Origin: Chitinophagales bacterium
Lineage (GTDB): Bacteria > Bacillota > UBA5301 > DYFA01
DNA length: 61,819 nucleotides
NCBI GenBank assembly: GCA_050260095.1
Contig: JBLNBQ010000179.1
Coordinates: forward strand, 1 to 61,819
Reading direction: 5' to 3'
The notes under the pieces are model-generated. The model saw only the letters and a list, made by a program, of their open reading frames with translations, had not been told where the DNA came from and did not search any database. Shown piece after piece: positions 52,543 to 61,819 of the stretch; the stretch's first letter is position 1, and each line of letters begins with the position of its first letter. The translations under genes and the position numbers were made by a program.

Positions 52543-53877
52543 CCGGGCCAGGTCTAGCAGGGATTCCCGCCGGTTCAAGGCCGGTTCGTCGAGCACGGCC
52601 GCGAGCAGGAGCTTGAGCAGGCGCCCGATGGCCGGACCCGGTGGGAGGGCAAACTCGCGCATCAGGTCTTCACCGGAGACCGCCAGATCGGTTGGGCGCA
52701 CCGGCGGCGCCGCCGCCAGCACCCGGCTGACGGCGGTTTCCAGGTTTTCCAGCACGGTGAGGCGACGGTCGCCCGGCTGAAGCGGTCGCATCGCCAACAG
52801 GTCCGCCCGGCGGAGCGCGACGAGCGCGAGGAGATCGTCCGGCCCGACCTCGGCCAGAAGGCGCCGGAGGCCGGCCTCCCCTTCGGCGGGAGTCCAGTGG
52901 AACATGTGGCGCTCCACCAGCCGCACCACCCGCTCGACCACTTCTCCGGGGAAACGGAGCCGGCGGAGGGCGCGCCCGGCGATTTCGGCGGAGACGCGGT
53001 GGTGGCCGGGGAAGAGCGGGGCGCCGCTCGCGTCCTCGGTCCGCGTCGCCACCTTGCCGAGGTCGTGGAAGAGGGCGACTAGCCGGAGCGGCAGCACAGG
53101 CGCAATGAGCGAGACCGCCCGTACAGTGTGGGAGAAGACCGTGTAGGCGTGGTGGTGGCTTTGCCGGAGGCCGTAAGTATCCCCCAGTTCGGGGAGGAGG
53201 ACGGGGAGAAGACCGCCGACTCGGAGCAGTTGCAGCCCGCGCCGGGCCTGGGGGGCGACGAGCAGTTTCGTCAGTTCGTCGCGCTGGCGCTCGCTGGAGA
53301 CAGCGCCGAGCAGCGGCGCCCGCTCCCGGCAGGCCGCCAGGACCCGCTTGACGGGGCGGAAGCCTAATTCGGCCGCGAACCGGCAGGCTCGGAGCATCCG
53401 CAGCGCGTCCTCGCCGAAGCGGCTGGCCGGGTCTCCCACGGTGTCGAGCCGACGGTGGGCCAGATCGGCCAGGCCGCCGTGATGGTCGATGATACCGGTC
53501 TCCGGATGGTAGGCGAGGGCGTTGATGGTGAAGTCACGCCGGGCTAGGTCGCCTTCGAGCCCTTCGGCGAAGGTGACGGCGGCGGGATGCCGTCCGTCCA
53601 GGTACGGACCGTCGGTGCGGAAGGTGGTCACTTCGACGCCGCCGAGTTCCGGGTCGAGTGCGGTGACGGTGCCGTAACGCAGTCCGGTCGGGCGGGCGCC
53701 CGGAAAGAGGCGGAGCACCTCTTCGGGGCGGGCCGCGGTCGCCACGTCCCAGTCTTTGGGGCTTCGTTGCAGCAGGAGATCGCGTACGGCACCGCCGACC
53801 ACGAACGCCGGGTGGCCATGCGCATTTAGGCGCTCGATGACCATTAGAACGCCTTGCGGGATGCTCCCAGCGTCCAA
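52438..53877 (-). CDS. cca: CCA tRNA nucleotidyltransferase with HD domain; 3' end overlaps the convergent phosphatase gene
   Basis: VGGAVRD..DWDVAT, EVTTFR plus flexible loop, DLARRDFTINA, EDALRMLR, FHDLGK. TTG start inferred from the RBS. Confidence 0.85.
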   Translation of the reverse strand: MDAGSIPQGVLMVIERLNAHGHPAFVVGGAVRDLLLQRSPKDWDVATAARPEEVLRLFPGARPTGLRYGTVTALDPELGGVEVTTFRTDGPYLDGRHPAAVTFAEGLEGDLARRDFTINALAYHPETGIIDHHGGLADLAHRRLDTVGDPASRFGEDALRMLRACRFAAELGFRPVKRVLAACRERAPLLGAVSSERQRDELTKLLVAPQARRGLQLLRVGGLLPVLLPELGDTYGLRQSHHHAYTVFSHTVRAVSLIAPVLPLRLVALFHDLGKVATRTEDASGAPLFPGHHRVSAEIAGRALRRLRFPGEVVERVVRLVERHMFHWTPAEGEAGLRRLLAEVGPDDLLALVALRRADLLAMRPLQPGDRRLTVLENLETAVSRVLAAAPPVRPTDLAVSGEDLMREFALPPGPAIGRLLKLLLAAVLDEPALNRRESLLDLARLSLGRVVADEAAGEVRGVVQSQKDGSAFPPSRHR

Positions 53878-54154
53878 CCCTCGCCCCTCCTCAGGCTGAT
53901 GCTCCCTATCGAGTACCCCGTTCATTTTACCACGAGATGTCTTCCCCCGTACCGCCAGGCAAAAAGCCCTCCACAACCTGCAGCCCAACTCTCTGTTCCT
54001 TGGCGGTTTGGGCCATGGCTGCACGCGCCTCGACGTCGCTACACGCCCCAAGACACCGATACACGGTCTCCCGTGCCTAATGGTCGGCCGTTTCGGCCCA
54101 TGTCGCCCCCGGACGTCTTTGGATATGTATGCACCGTACTAGAAAGGGACGTCC

Positions 54155-54895
54155 ATGGCCAGGTACGCATGGACGAGTGGAGGGATGAGCATGTACGGGA
54201 TGACCCGCTTGGCGGCGAGATCTTCGACGCCTCAACCAACGCCGGTCGAGCCTGCGTGGAAGCGACAGTCAGTTTACGCGGAGGCGGTCGGTGCGGTACC
54301 TAGCGCCAGTGGGCTAGCCGAAGGTATTGCCATGCACGAGCGGGCGGTCAAAGGAGACAAAGCAGCTACCCTGCAGGCCGTCAAAGTGCTCAGCGCGGTC
54401 TGCGAGAGAGAACCGGGCAATACTCTGGCGCTGGCTTACCTGGGCAGCGCCACCGCCCTGCTGGGCCGCGACGCCATCGACCCAAACGAGCAGTTCAGCC
54501 ACGCCATGCGCGGCCTCAAACTCCTGGATCAGGCGGTTGAGCGGGCCCCGGACGACATCCAAGTGCGAACGCTGCGCGGGTACGTTTGTCTCAACCTGCC
54601 CCAGGCGTACTTTCAACGGGGACGGTGCGCAGTCGAGGACTTCGGCCACCTCGCGCGGCTCCACGAATCAGGCCGGGCTTGTTTGCCCGAGGGTTTCTAC
54701 TGCGAAGTGCTCTACAACCTGGGTCTTGCCTGCAAGGAGACCGGCCGCCTGGCTGAGGCGTACGAGACCTGGAAGAAGCTCCTCGCGGTCACCACGGACC
54801 CAAGATACCGGGCGCTCCTCAAGAACGAAGGCATGGTCAACGACCCTTTTGCGGACTCGAGCAAGGGGGGGGCGAGATCAGGTCATCGCCGGTGA
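54155..54895 (+). CDS. TPR-repeat protein; start uncertain
   Basis: Helical repeats (ALAYLGSA, LLDQAVERAPDD, LYNLGLA). Confidence 0.7.
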   Translation: MARYAWTSGGMSMYGMTRLAARSSTPQPTPVEPAWKRQSVYAEAVGAVPSASGLAEGIAMHERAVKGDKAATLQAVKVLSAVCEREPGNTLALAYLGSATALLGRDAIDPNEQFSHAMRGLKLLDQAVERAPDDIQVRTLRGYVCLNLPQAYFQRGRCAVEDFGHLARLHESGRACLPEGFYCEVLYNLGLACKETGRLAEAYETWKKLLAVTTDPRYRALLKNEGMVNDPFADSSKGGARSGHRR

Positions 54896-56007
54896 ACGGC
54901 CCACTCTCCGGCGAACTCCAGGAAGCGATTCGCCTGCACGACATGGCTCTCGCCGGTGACAGATCGGCGGGAGAACGGGCGCTTGCTCAACTCTCGGAAA
55001 TCGTGCGCCGCGACCCCGGCAACGCACTGGCCGCTGCCTATGAGGCCAGTGCCATGTCGCTCACGGGGCGGAACTCGGGGGATACCGCCCGGATGTTCGA
55101 ACGCGCCATCAAGGCGATGATCGCGCTGGACAGGGTGGTTGAGCGTGAGCCAAGCAACGTGCAGGTGCGCCTGATACGGGCACGGCACAGCCTCCGTTTG
55201 CCGGAACCCTTTTTCCACCGGACCGCTACGGCCATCAGCGATTTCGAATGGCTCCTGCACGTACTCCAAACCAGGCCGGGAGCACTAGCCTCTTCCGACG
55301 TTGAGTCCGTCCGGCGCGACCTGGCGCTCGCCTACGAACGCCTCGGCATGAAAGCGGAGGCGGAACGAGCTTGGCGAGAACTACGGGACAGCCGTCCGGC
55401 GCCGGACCTCCTGGCCTTGGCGGAGAGTCGCCTTGCCGGCCGCACACCCACCCTGGCGTTGCTCCCCCCTGCTGGACAGGATGAGCTGCTAAAGGAAGGC
55501 ATCCGACAGCATCACCTGGGGGTCTCCGGCGACCGGGAGGCCGTTCAGAAAGCCCTGGGCCTCTTGGCTTCGGCCCATGAACGGGACCCCAAAAACCCTC
55601 TGGCGCTGGCCTACTACGGCAGTGCGGTCGCATTGAGCGCCCGCGATTCCGCGGAACCCGGAGAGATGTACACCAAGGCGATCCAAGGACTGATGCTGCT
55701 CCGGCAAGCCGTGGACCAGGAGCCCGGCAACCCCACTATCCATGCCCTACGTGGCTACCTCTGCTTCTCGTTGCCCGAGTCATTCTTCCACTTGTCGCGG
55801 CAAGCCGTCCAGGACTTTCTCCTGGTCGTGTCGGCCTATGAACAGGGCAGCCCCGACGTGCCCGAGGCTGGATACTGGATGGTGCTTCGCGACCTTGGGT
55901 TCGCTTACCAGAAGCTGGGGGAAGAGGAATCTGCTCGACAGACTTGGAGGAAGCTTCGCCGGGTCTGCACTGATAAGCGCTTTCTTGATGTCCCATCAAT
56001 CGTGTGA
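54892..56007 (+). CDS. TPR-repeat protein with an internal duplication, paralogous to the upstream gene
   Basis: The unit GI..H..GD..A..L....P.N.LA.AY..SA....LPE.FF occurs twice here and once in 54155-54895. Confidence 0.75.
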   Translation: MNGPLSGELQEAIRLHDMALAGDRSAGERALAQLSEIVRRDPGNALAAAYEASAMSLTGRNSGDTARMFERAIKAMIALDRVVEREPSNVQVRLIRARHSLRLPEPFFHRTATAISDFEWLLHVLQTRPGALASSDVESVRRDLALAYERLGMKAEAERAWRELRDSRPAPDLLALAESRLAGRTPTLALLPPAGQDELLKEGIRQHHLGVSGDREAVQKALGLLASAHERDPKNPLALAYYGSAVALSARDSAEPGEMYTKAIQGLMLLRQAVDQEPGNPTIHALRGYLCFSLPESFFHLSRQAVQDFLLVVSAYEQGSPDVPEAGYWMVLRDLGFAYQKLGEEESARQTWRKLRRVCTDKRFLDVPSIV

Positions 56008-56018
56008 GGTGATCCGAG

Positions 56019-57350
56019 ATGACATCCCGTTTTGACCTCCTGCGCCGCCAGGCATCACTGCCGCTCATAGAGCGGCACTTCCCTGAAGAAGGGATCCAAG
56101 CGGACGCCATACCGCTCGAGCGGCTCCGGGTCTTCCAGGACGAGGCGGTGCGTGACGTAGTTGCGCACGCCCAAGCAAAGTCGCCCTTCTACCAGACGAA
56201 GTTCGCAGAAGCCGGAGTTCCTTTGGGCTCGGTCAAGGGAGTATCTGACCTCCCCCTCCTGCCGTTCACCACCAAGGATGACTTGCGAGGCGATCCCTGG
56301 CGCCTGCTAACCTGCGATAAGCAGGACGTTTCCATCGTCCACGTCTCGACCGGCACGACGGGCGGCGAGCAGATCTACATCTTCCACACCTGGCAGGACT
56401 TCTTCCTCAACGACCTGGGAATCGGATACTCTTCGCTCGTGCCGGTCGGACCAGGCGATCGGTGCCTCAACGCTCTACCCTACGAGATGAGCTCTGCGGG
56501 ACTCGCCTTCCATAAGGTCTTCATGGACGGCTGTGCGGCAACGGTGATTCCGGTGGGGAAGGGCGGAGCCTATTCCACCCCCGCAAAGACCGTGAAAGTG
56601 ATGAGAGACCTGGAGCCGACCGTCGTGATCACCACTCCCTCGTACGCGGTGACGCTTGCCGAAGCCGCGGCCGAGGCTGGGCTTGATCTTAAGTCTCTCC
56701 CCATCCACACCATGTGGGTGACCGGGGAAGGCTGCTCATCGGCCTTCAGGGACCGGCTGCAACAGATATGGGGTACGGTGATCAACTCCTATTACGGCTC
56801 GCTCGAGGCGGGAGCTTTGGGGGCGGAGTGCGCGAAGCACGCCGGCTACCACGTCATGCTCGGACACGTGGCGGTCGAGATCGTCGATCCGAAGACGGGG
56901 GAGCCGCGGGAGCCGGGGGAGATCGGGGAAATCGTCGCCACCTGCCTCCTCCGCTACGGTTCCCCTCTGATTCGTTATCGCACGGAGGATCTGGGCTACC
57001 TGGAGTGGGATCAGTGCGAGTGTGGAGTCGCCCTGCCACGCCTCTTCCTTCGGGGACGCCTCGTCGACCAGGTGAAGGTGAGAGGCGTCGAGTTCTCCCC
57101 CTACTACCTCGAGGAGTTCCTGATGCGGCTGCCGGAGGTGGGGCTCTGGTACCAGTTCGTAGTGCCGGAGGAGGGAGCCGAGCAACTGAAGATCCGTGCG
57201 GAGCTCCAACCGGGAATCGAACCCACGGCGCAGCTTGCCGACGAACTGGCAAGCCGACTCGAGTTCTGGGTTGGAGTGCCGTGCGAGTTCGAGTTCGTCG
57301 ACCGGTTGCCCCGACCGGGCAGCAAGACCCTCCGGGTCGTACGTCGGTAA
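56019..57350 (+). CDS. Phenylacetate-CoA ligase-like adenylating enzyme
   Basis: LPFTTKDDLR, HVSTGTTGG, GEG, YYGSLE, PLIRYRTEDLG. Confidence 0.88.
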   Translation: MTSRFDLLRRQASLPLIERHFPEEGIQADAIPLERLRVFQDEAVRDVVAHAQAKSPFYQTKFAEAGVPLGSVKGVSDLPLLPFTTKDDLRGDPWRLLTCDKQDVSIVHVSTGTTGGEQIYIFHTWQDFFLNDLGIGYSSLVPVGPGDRCLNALPYEMSSAGLAFHKVFMDGCAATVIPVGKGGAYSTPAKTVKVMRDLEPTVVITTPSYAVTLAEAAAEAGLDLKSLPIHTMWVTGEGCSSAFRDRLQQIWGTVINSYYGSLEAGALGAECAKHAGYHVMLGHVAVEIVDPKTGEPREPGEIGEIVATCLLRYGSPLIRYRTEDLGYLEWDQCECGVALPRLFLRGRLVDQVKVRGVEFSPYYLEEFLMRLPEVGLWYQFVVPEEGAEQLKIRAELQPGIEPTAQLADELASRLEFWVGVPCEFEFVDRLPRPGSKTLRVVRR

Positions 57351-57364
57351 GGGGGGGAGCCAAA

Positions 57365-58144
57365 ATGATAATCGACGCTCACGCTCATGTGTCGACGACC
57401 GACTACGGCAGCCGGGAACTTCTGCTCTCTCAACTCGACGAAAGCGGCGTCGACGCGGCGCTCGTCGTTCCCGGAGGGATGGCCGATGTCCGGCGGATGA
57501 CGGATTACATCACGGGACGGGCCACCCCGGAAACCGTACCGAACAACAGCTACGTGGAGGAGAGTGTCCGCGCCGAACCCCAGAGGCTGGGGGGGTTCTT
57601 CTGCGTGGATCCCCACCTTCCGGGTGCGACCGAAGCCCTAGCGGACGCCTTGGCACGCGGCTTCCTTGGCCTTAAACTCTCACCCATCACTCACCAATTC
57701 TCTTTCGCCAGCAAGGCTGTGGCGGAGCTCTCGGAGCTCTGCGGGCAACGAGGGGTTCCGGTCTATAGTCATACGCTCTTCAACCCAGGAGCGTCGACGG
57801 CTCGGTTCGTGAGTCTGGCCAGAGAGTTTCCCGGAACGAACTTCATCCTGGGGCACCTGGGCTTCGGTCCGGCGGACCAGGAGGGGCTGGAAGCGGCCTG
57901 CGCGCTCGACAACTTCTTCTTGGAGAGTTCCACCGGGAACTTCCTTCACCTGCAAGCCATCCTCGACAAGGCCGGGCCGGCGAAACTGATCTTCGGTTCG
58001 GAGTTTCCCCTCTCTCATCCGAAGGCCGAACTCGAGAAGATCTTGTTGCTGAAGGCGCCCGGCGAGGCCCTCGACCTGATCCTGGGCGGCAACATCATGG
58101 CGCTGACTGGCTGGCGGCCGGGTCCAAAGGGGGGGGAGGCATGA
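57365..58144 (+). CDS. Amidohydrolase family protein
   Basis: MIIDAHAH, GLKL, FILGHLG, LIFGSEFP; ATG at 57365 after a G-rich RBS. Confidence 0.85.
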   Translation: MIIDAHAHVSTTDYGSRELLLSQLDESGVDAALVVPGGMADVRRMTDYITGRATPETVPNNSYVEESVRAEPQRLGGFFCVDPHLPGATEALADALARGFLGLKLSPITHQFSFASKAVAELSELCGQRGVPVYSHTLFNPGASTARFVSLAREFPGTNFILGHLGFGPADQEGLEAACALDNFFLESSTGNFLHLQAILDKAGPAKLIFGSEFPLSHPKAELEKILLLKAPGEALDLILGGNIMALTGWRPGPKGGEA

Positions 58145-59391
58145 CGTGCGAGTCCAGGCTTGATGCCCTCAATCTGACGTTAGCCCGGGCGCGCCGGGGA
58201 GAGTTCTATCGGGAACGTCTCCCCGCGACCCCACTGAACTCGCTAGCTGCGCTAGCGGAGATACCCCTCACGACCAAGGAGGATTTGCGTTCCGCCTCCC
58301 CTTACGGCCTGCTGTGTGTGCCGCTGGCCGAGGTGGCCCAGTATCACGAGTCCTTCGGCACCACGGGTACGCCCGTGTCGGCCTGGTACACGGAACAGGA
58401 CCTGCGTGACAACGACGCGCAGATCGATTTCGGAGATGTGGGTCTGGGGGCAACCGACCTCATGCTCATTCGCTTCCCGTATGCCATCTCTTCGGCAGCC
58501 CACCTCTTCCACCACGCGGCACAGGCCAGGGGGGCCGGCGTGATTCCCGCCAGCAGTCGTTCGACGGTCAGCCCGTACCCCCGGGTCATCACGTTGCTGC
58601 ACAAACTGGGCGTGACGGTCATGGCCGCGCTTCCCCTGCAGGGTCTGCTCTTGGCTCGCACCGCAGAGCTGATGGGTTTTGTCCCAAGCCGCGACTTTCC
58701 CGAGCTCCGCGCCATCTGCACGGCGGGCGAAACCCTTACCCCGGTCCGAAGAGACCTCCTCCATCAGCTATGGGGAGTTCCGGTCTTCAACTTCTATGGC
58801 TTGACCGAACTCGGCAACGTCGCCTCCGACTGCCGATTCGGACACCTGCACCCACACGAGAACTTTCTCGTCGAAGTCCTGGCGGACGACCTCCGTTCAC
58901 CTGCAGAGCCAGGTCAGGCTGGTCATCTGGTGGTCACCACCCTCAGGCGCCAGGCTTCACCCGTCATCCGGTTTCTTACCGGCGATCGCGCCCGGCTCGT
59001 ACCCGGTTGTCCCTGCGGGCGAGGGGACTACCTGGAACTGCGAGGGCGCACCGCGGACGCAATCGAAGCCGGTGGGCGGTTGTTTGATCAGTGGGAGCTC
59101 GAGGAGATCGTCTCGCACTTACCCTGCAAACGATTCTGGGCCGTGGCCCCAGCCCCGTGGGGGCTTCACTTCGTGGTGGAGCAGGAGACGCCCTGGGATA
59201 CGGTGAGCCCAGACTTGCGCCGCTTCCTTGAGCGCAAGTTCGGTGTCGGATTGGCCTTTGAAGTAGTCCATCAAGGGTCTTTTCACGAACCCCTGGAGCT
59301 TCTATCCGCCTCGGAGGTGGGCAAACCGCGCTACATCTACACCGAGGAGGAGCTCCGGCGCGGCGCTCACCTCGGTTCCAAAAGAACATGA
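58141..59391 (+). CDS. Second phenylacetate-CoA ligase-like adenylating enzyme
   Basis: IPLTTKEDLR, HESFGTTGTP, AGE, FYGLTE, PVIRFLTGD. Confidence 0.85.
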   Translation: MTCESRLDALNLTLARARRGEFYRERLPATPLNSLAALAEIPLTTKEDLRSASPYGLLCVPLAEVAQYHESFGTTGTPVSAWYTEQDLRDNDAQIDFGDVGLGATDLMLIRFPYAISSAAHLFHHAAQARGAGVIPASSRSTVSPYPRVITLLHKLGVTVMAALPLQGLLLARTAELMGFVPSRDFPELRAICTAGETLTPVRRDLLHQLWGVPVFNFYGLTELGNVASDCRFGHLHPHENFLVEVLADDLRSPAEPGQAGHLVVTTLRRQASPVIRFLTGDRARLVPGCPCGRGDYLELRGRTADAIEAGGRLFDQWELEEIVSHLPCKRFWAVAPAPWGLHFVVEQETPWDTVSPDLRRFLERKFGVGLAFEVVHQGSFHEPLELLSASEVGKPRYIYTEEELRRGAHLGSKRT

Positions 59392-59397
59392 GACGAG

Positions 59398-60534
59398 GTG
59401 TGTCCGATGGGATATGAAGGAAGCAACCGCCCGGCATCCGGCCGCGAAATCTGGTTCGACGGGCGGAACGTGCCATTGGATCGGCAGAACACGTGGGAAC
59501 TCATCAACAACTCAGCACTGCAGTCTCTCCTGGTCACTGCTGCCCAGCGACGGGAAGGGCGCTTCCCCACCAAGAGCCGGCTGATCACCGAGGTCACAAC
59601 CGAGGAGGACGCCCGGGGCTTGGCTGAAGGGGAGACGGTCGCCTCCGGGGACTGCGCTCTCTTGGCCACTCTTCGGGCTAACGGTTTCCGGACCTGTCTC
59701 TTGCTCAAGATCGATAGCAAGGAAGCTTTGGAAGCCGCCTGGCAAGCAGCCTCCGAACATGACTACGCGGCGGTGGAGTTCGACCTGCCTACCAACATCC
59801 CATTGGAGCTGATCTTGGCCCGGCTGCCGGGGCGCCGGACTCGTGTGCTGAAACGAGAGACCACGGCGGAAGGAGTCGAAGTCGCGTTCGGAGTCATGGA
59901 ACAGGGTAGTGACGGCGTTCTCCTGGCCACCGAAGACCCAACGGAGTTGGGGCGAATAAGCCGTCTCCTGCTCCGTCAGGAGACGGGCCGGATCCAGCTG
60001 CAACCAGTTGGAATCACGGCCGTCCGGCACGTCGGGATGGGGGTTAGGGCCTGCGTGGACACGACCGGCCTCATGGGTCGAGATGAAGGGATGCTGGTCG
60101 GATCCACTTCGAACGGTGGAATACTCGTTTGCTCGGAGACGCACTACCTGCCCTACATGAACTTGAGGCCTTTCCGGGTCAACGCGGGGGCGGTCCACTC
60201 GTACATCTGGCAGCCCCAGGGTCGTGCCGAATACCTGACCGACCTGGCTGCTGGGAGCAAGGTGCTAAGCGTGAGTTGGCAAGGGGAGACCCGCCCGTTG
60301 ACCGTGGGGCGCGTCAAGCTGGAGGTTAGGCCGTTACTCCTTATCCAGGGAGAGGCGGCCGGTGTGCCTGTCAACGTGATCGTCCAGGATGACTGGCATA
60401 TCCGCCTGATGGGGGTGGGCGGGGAACCGAGAAATGCGACCGAGGTACGACCGGGTGAGGAACTGTTGGGTTACCTTTGCCCGGCGGGTCGTCACGTGGG
60501 ACTGCCGGTCGAGGAAACGATCGTGGAGCGCTAA
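59398..60534 (+). CDS. 3-dehydroquinate synthase II family protein (GriH-like 3,4-AHBA synthase)
   Basis: IPLELILA, RACVDT, EGMLVGS, RPFRVNAGAVHSY, VGRVKLEVRPL, GRHVG..EETIVER. Confidence 0.88.
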   Translation: MCPMGYEGSNRPASGREIWFDGRNVPLDRQNTWELINNSALQSLLVTAAQRREGRFPTKSRLITEVTTEEDARGLAEGETVASGDCALLATLRANGFRTCLLLKIDSKEALEAAWQAASEHDYAAVEFDLPTNIPLELILARLPGRRTRVLKRETTAEGVEVAFGVMEQGSDGVLLATEDPTELGRISRLLLRQETGRIQLQPVGITAVRHVGMGVRACVDTTGLMGRDEGMLVGSTSNGGILVCSETHYLPYMNLRPFRVNAGAVHSYIWQPQGRAEYLTDLAAGSKVLSVSWQGETRPLTVGRVKLEVRPLLLIQGEAAGVPVNVIVQDDWHIRLMGVGGEPRNATEVRPGEELLGYLCPAGRHVGLPVEETIVER

Positions 60535-60554
60535 GAAACAAGGGGGAGAGATCG

Positions 60555-61337
60555 ATGGACGGTAAAGACTTGCGGCTTCGTCGCTTGTTCAAGTCGGAGC
60601 GGCTGCTCCTGGTGCCAATGGATCATGGCGTGACCCTCGGGGCGGTGGGCGGATTGGGGGACATCCGGGGGGCGGTGCGGGCGGTGGCGGCGGGAGGAGC
60701 CGACGGGGTGGTGGTGCACAAGGGGATCGCTTGCCAGATCATGCCGGAGCTGACGGCGTCAAACCGGTGCGAATTGGTCGTTCATCTGTCCGCATCGACA
60801 AGCCTGGCCCCGGACCCCAACCGTAAGGAGTTGGTCGGGTCAGTGGAGCGGGCGGTTCGCCTCGGTGCGGCCGGGGTATCGGTTCACGTCAACCTGGCCA
60901 GCCAGTCTGAGGCGAGGATGCTGCGTGATCTGGGCCTCGTGGCCGAGGACTGCGCGGCTTGGGGCATGCCGCTCTTGGCGATGATGTACGTGCGGGATGG
61001 CAGCCGGGCCAGCGAATACGACCCGGAGAAGCTGGCACACGCCGCAAGAGTGGCTGAGGAACTCGGGGCAGACATCGTAAAGGTTAACTACACCGGTGAT
61101 CCTGAATCATTCGCTCGGGTCGTCGAAGCCGTCCGCCTGCCGGTGATCATCGCTGGCGGGCCGAAGTCGAGCCGAACGGAGGCTCTGCTGGCTGCGATTA
61201 GGGGCGCGCTGCAGGCGGGGGCCAGGGGCGTGGCGATTGGGAGAAACCTCTTCGAGGACGCCGATCCTCGTGCCCTAACGGCCTCGATCCGGCGGATCCT
61301 CGATGGCCAGGAGGGGGAGCCGCGTGGCGGAGATTGA
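60555..61337 (+). CDS. DhnA-type aldolase (ADH synthase / GriI-like)
   Basis: VPMDHG, HKG, HLSAST, ELGADIVKVNYTG, IAGG, GRN. Confidence 0.88.
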   Translation: MDGKDLRLRRLFKSERLLLVPMDHGVTLGAVGGLGDIRGAVRAVAAGGADGVVVHKGIACQIMPELTASNRCELVVHLSASTSLAPDPNRKELVGSVERAVRLGAAGVSVHVNLASQSEARMLRDLGLVAEDCAAWGMPLLAMMYVRDGSRASEYDPEKLAHAARVAEELGADIVKVNYTGDPESFARVVEAVRLPVIIAGGPKSSRTEALLAAIRGALQAGARGVAIGRNLFEDADPRALTASIRRILDGQEGEPRGGD

Positions 61338-61536
61338 CTGGCTTACGATCCCGGAGGCCTGCTCCTATCTCAAAGTTTCCCGCTCGACCCTCTACAATTG
61401 GGAGAAAACGGGCCGCCTGGCAATGTTCAGGTTTGGCGGGATGGTGCGCATCCGCCGGGACGACCTCAATCGCCTCGCCCGTACCAGGACGCAAGTGAAA
61501 GGCCCCGGAGAAGAGGAGAGGCAGTCCCCGGAGTAA
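61324..61536 (+). CDS. Excisionase-like helix-turn-helix (HTH_17) DNA-binding protein
   Basis: WLTIPEACSYLKVSRSTLYNW..G.L...FGG.VRIRRDDL. Confidence 0.8.
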   Translation: MAEIDWLTIPEACSYLKVSRSTLYNWEKTGRLAMFRFGGMVRIRRDDLNRLARTRTQVKGPGEEERQSPE

Positions 61537-61559
61537 AGGCGAAGCAACTGGCGCCCTGT

Positions 61560-61819
61560 GGAGCTTCCGCTGGGGGAGGCAGCTGATCCGGCGCCGATTC
61601 GCCGCGACGAAGCACACCCCAACCCTTGCGATGAGTTCGGCGAGACGGACAGACGCGGAAGTGGGGGGGGCCCGCGGGCGGGGGGTGGGGGCCCCCCCGC
61701 CGGGTGGGGCCCCCCCACTTCCGCGTCTGTCCGTCTCGCCGAACTCATCGCAAGGGTTGGGGTGTGCTTCGTCGCGGCGAATCGGCGCCGGATCAGCTGC
61801 CTCCCCCAGCGGAAGCTCC
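61560..61819. repeat. Perfect 110-bp inverted repeat (61560-61669 / 61710-61819) around a 40-nt G/C-run spacer at the window end
   Basis: The final 110 nt are the exact reverse complement of 61560-61669. Confidence 0.9.

Overview
High-GC (by eye) chromosomal window, probably from an anaerobic, endospore-forming Bacillota lineage. Sporulation evidence is a gerA-type operon, a SASP and lonB. An outer-membrane beta-barrel gene and an AMIN-domain amidase suggest it is diderm. In order, the window holds: the end of a GltB-domain/HdrBC/IclR locus; glnA; a group 1 [NiFe]-hydrogenase with a complete hyp cluster and a diguanylate cyclase; a ~400-nt non-coding structured element; amidase-murI-mamA-murD-glmL-glmE-mal-(P-loop/AlaRS-SAD protein)-rph-rdgB; four tRNAs; a germination receptor operon; tig-clpP-clpX-lonB-OMP-lon; nfnAB-fhs-ndk-folD-fdhD-ferredoxin; a CCA-adding enzyme; and a putative 3,4-AHBA/benzoxazole-type cluster. 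The window ends in a perfect 110-bp inverted repeat that is probably an artefact. Three candidates stand out. (1) 18630-19030: nine 16-bp helices form a star-shaped six-way junction, with 36 G-U pairs, no A-C mismatches and two wobble positions invariant in all helices. This looks like an unrecognised structured ncRNA. (2) The peptidoglycan genes murI and murD are interleaved and translationally coupled with B12-dependent glutamate mutase and methylaspartate ammonia-lyase genes, followed by a tRNA-editing-like protein. (3) A closoxazole-like benzoxazole gene cluster. All calls come from reading motifs; no database searches or folding programs were run.
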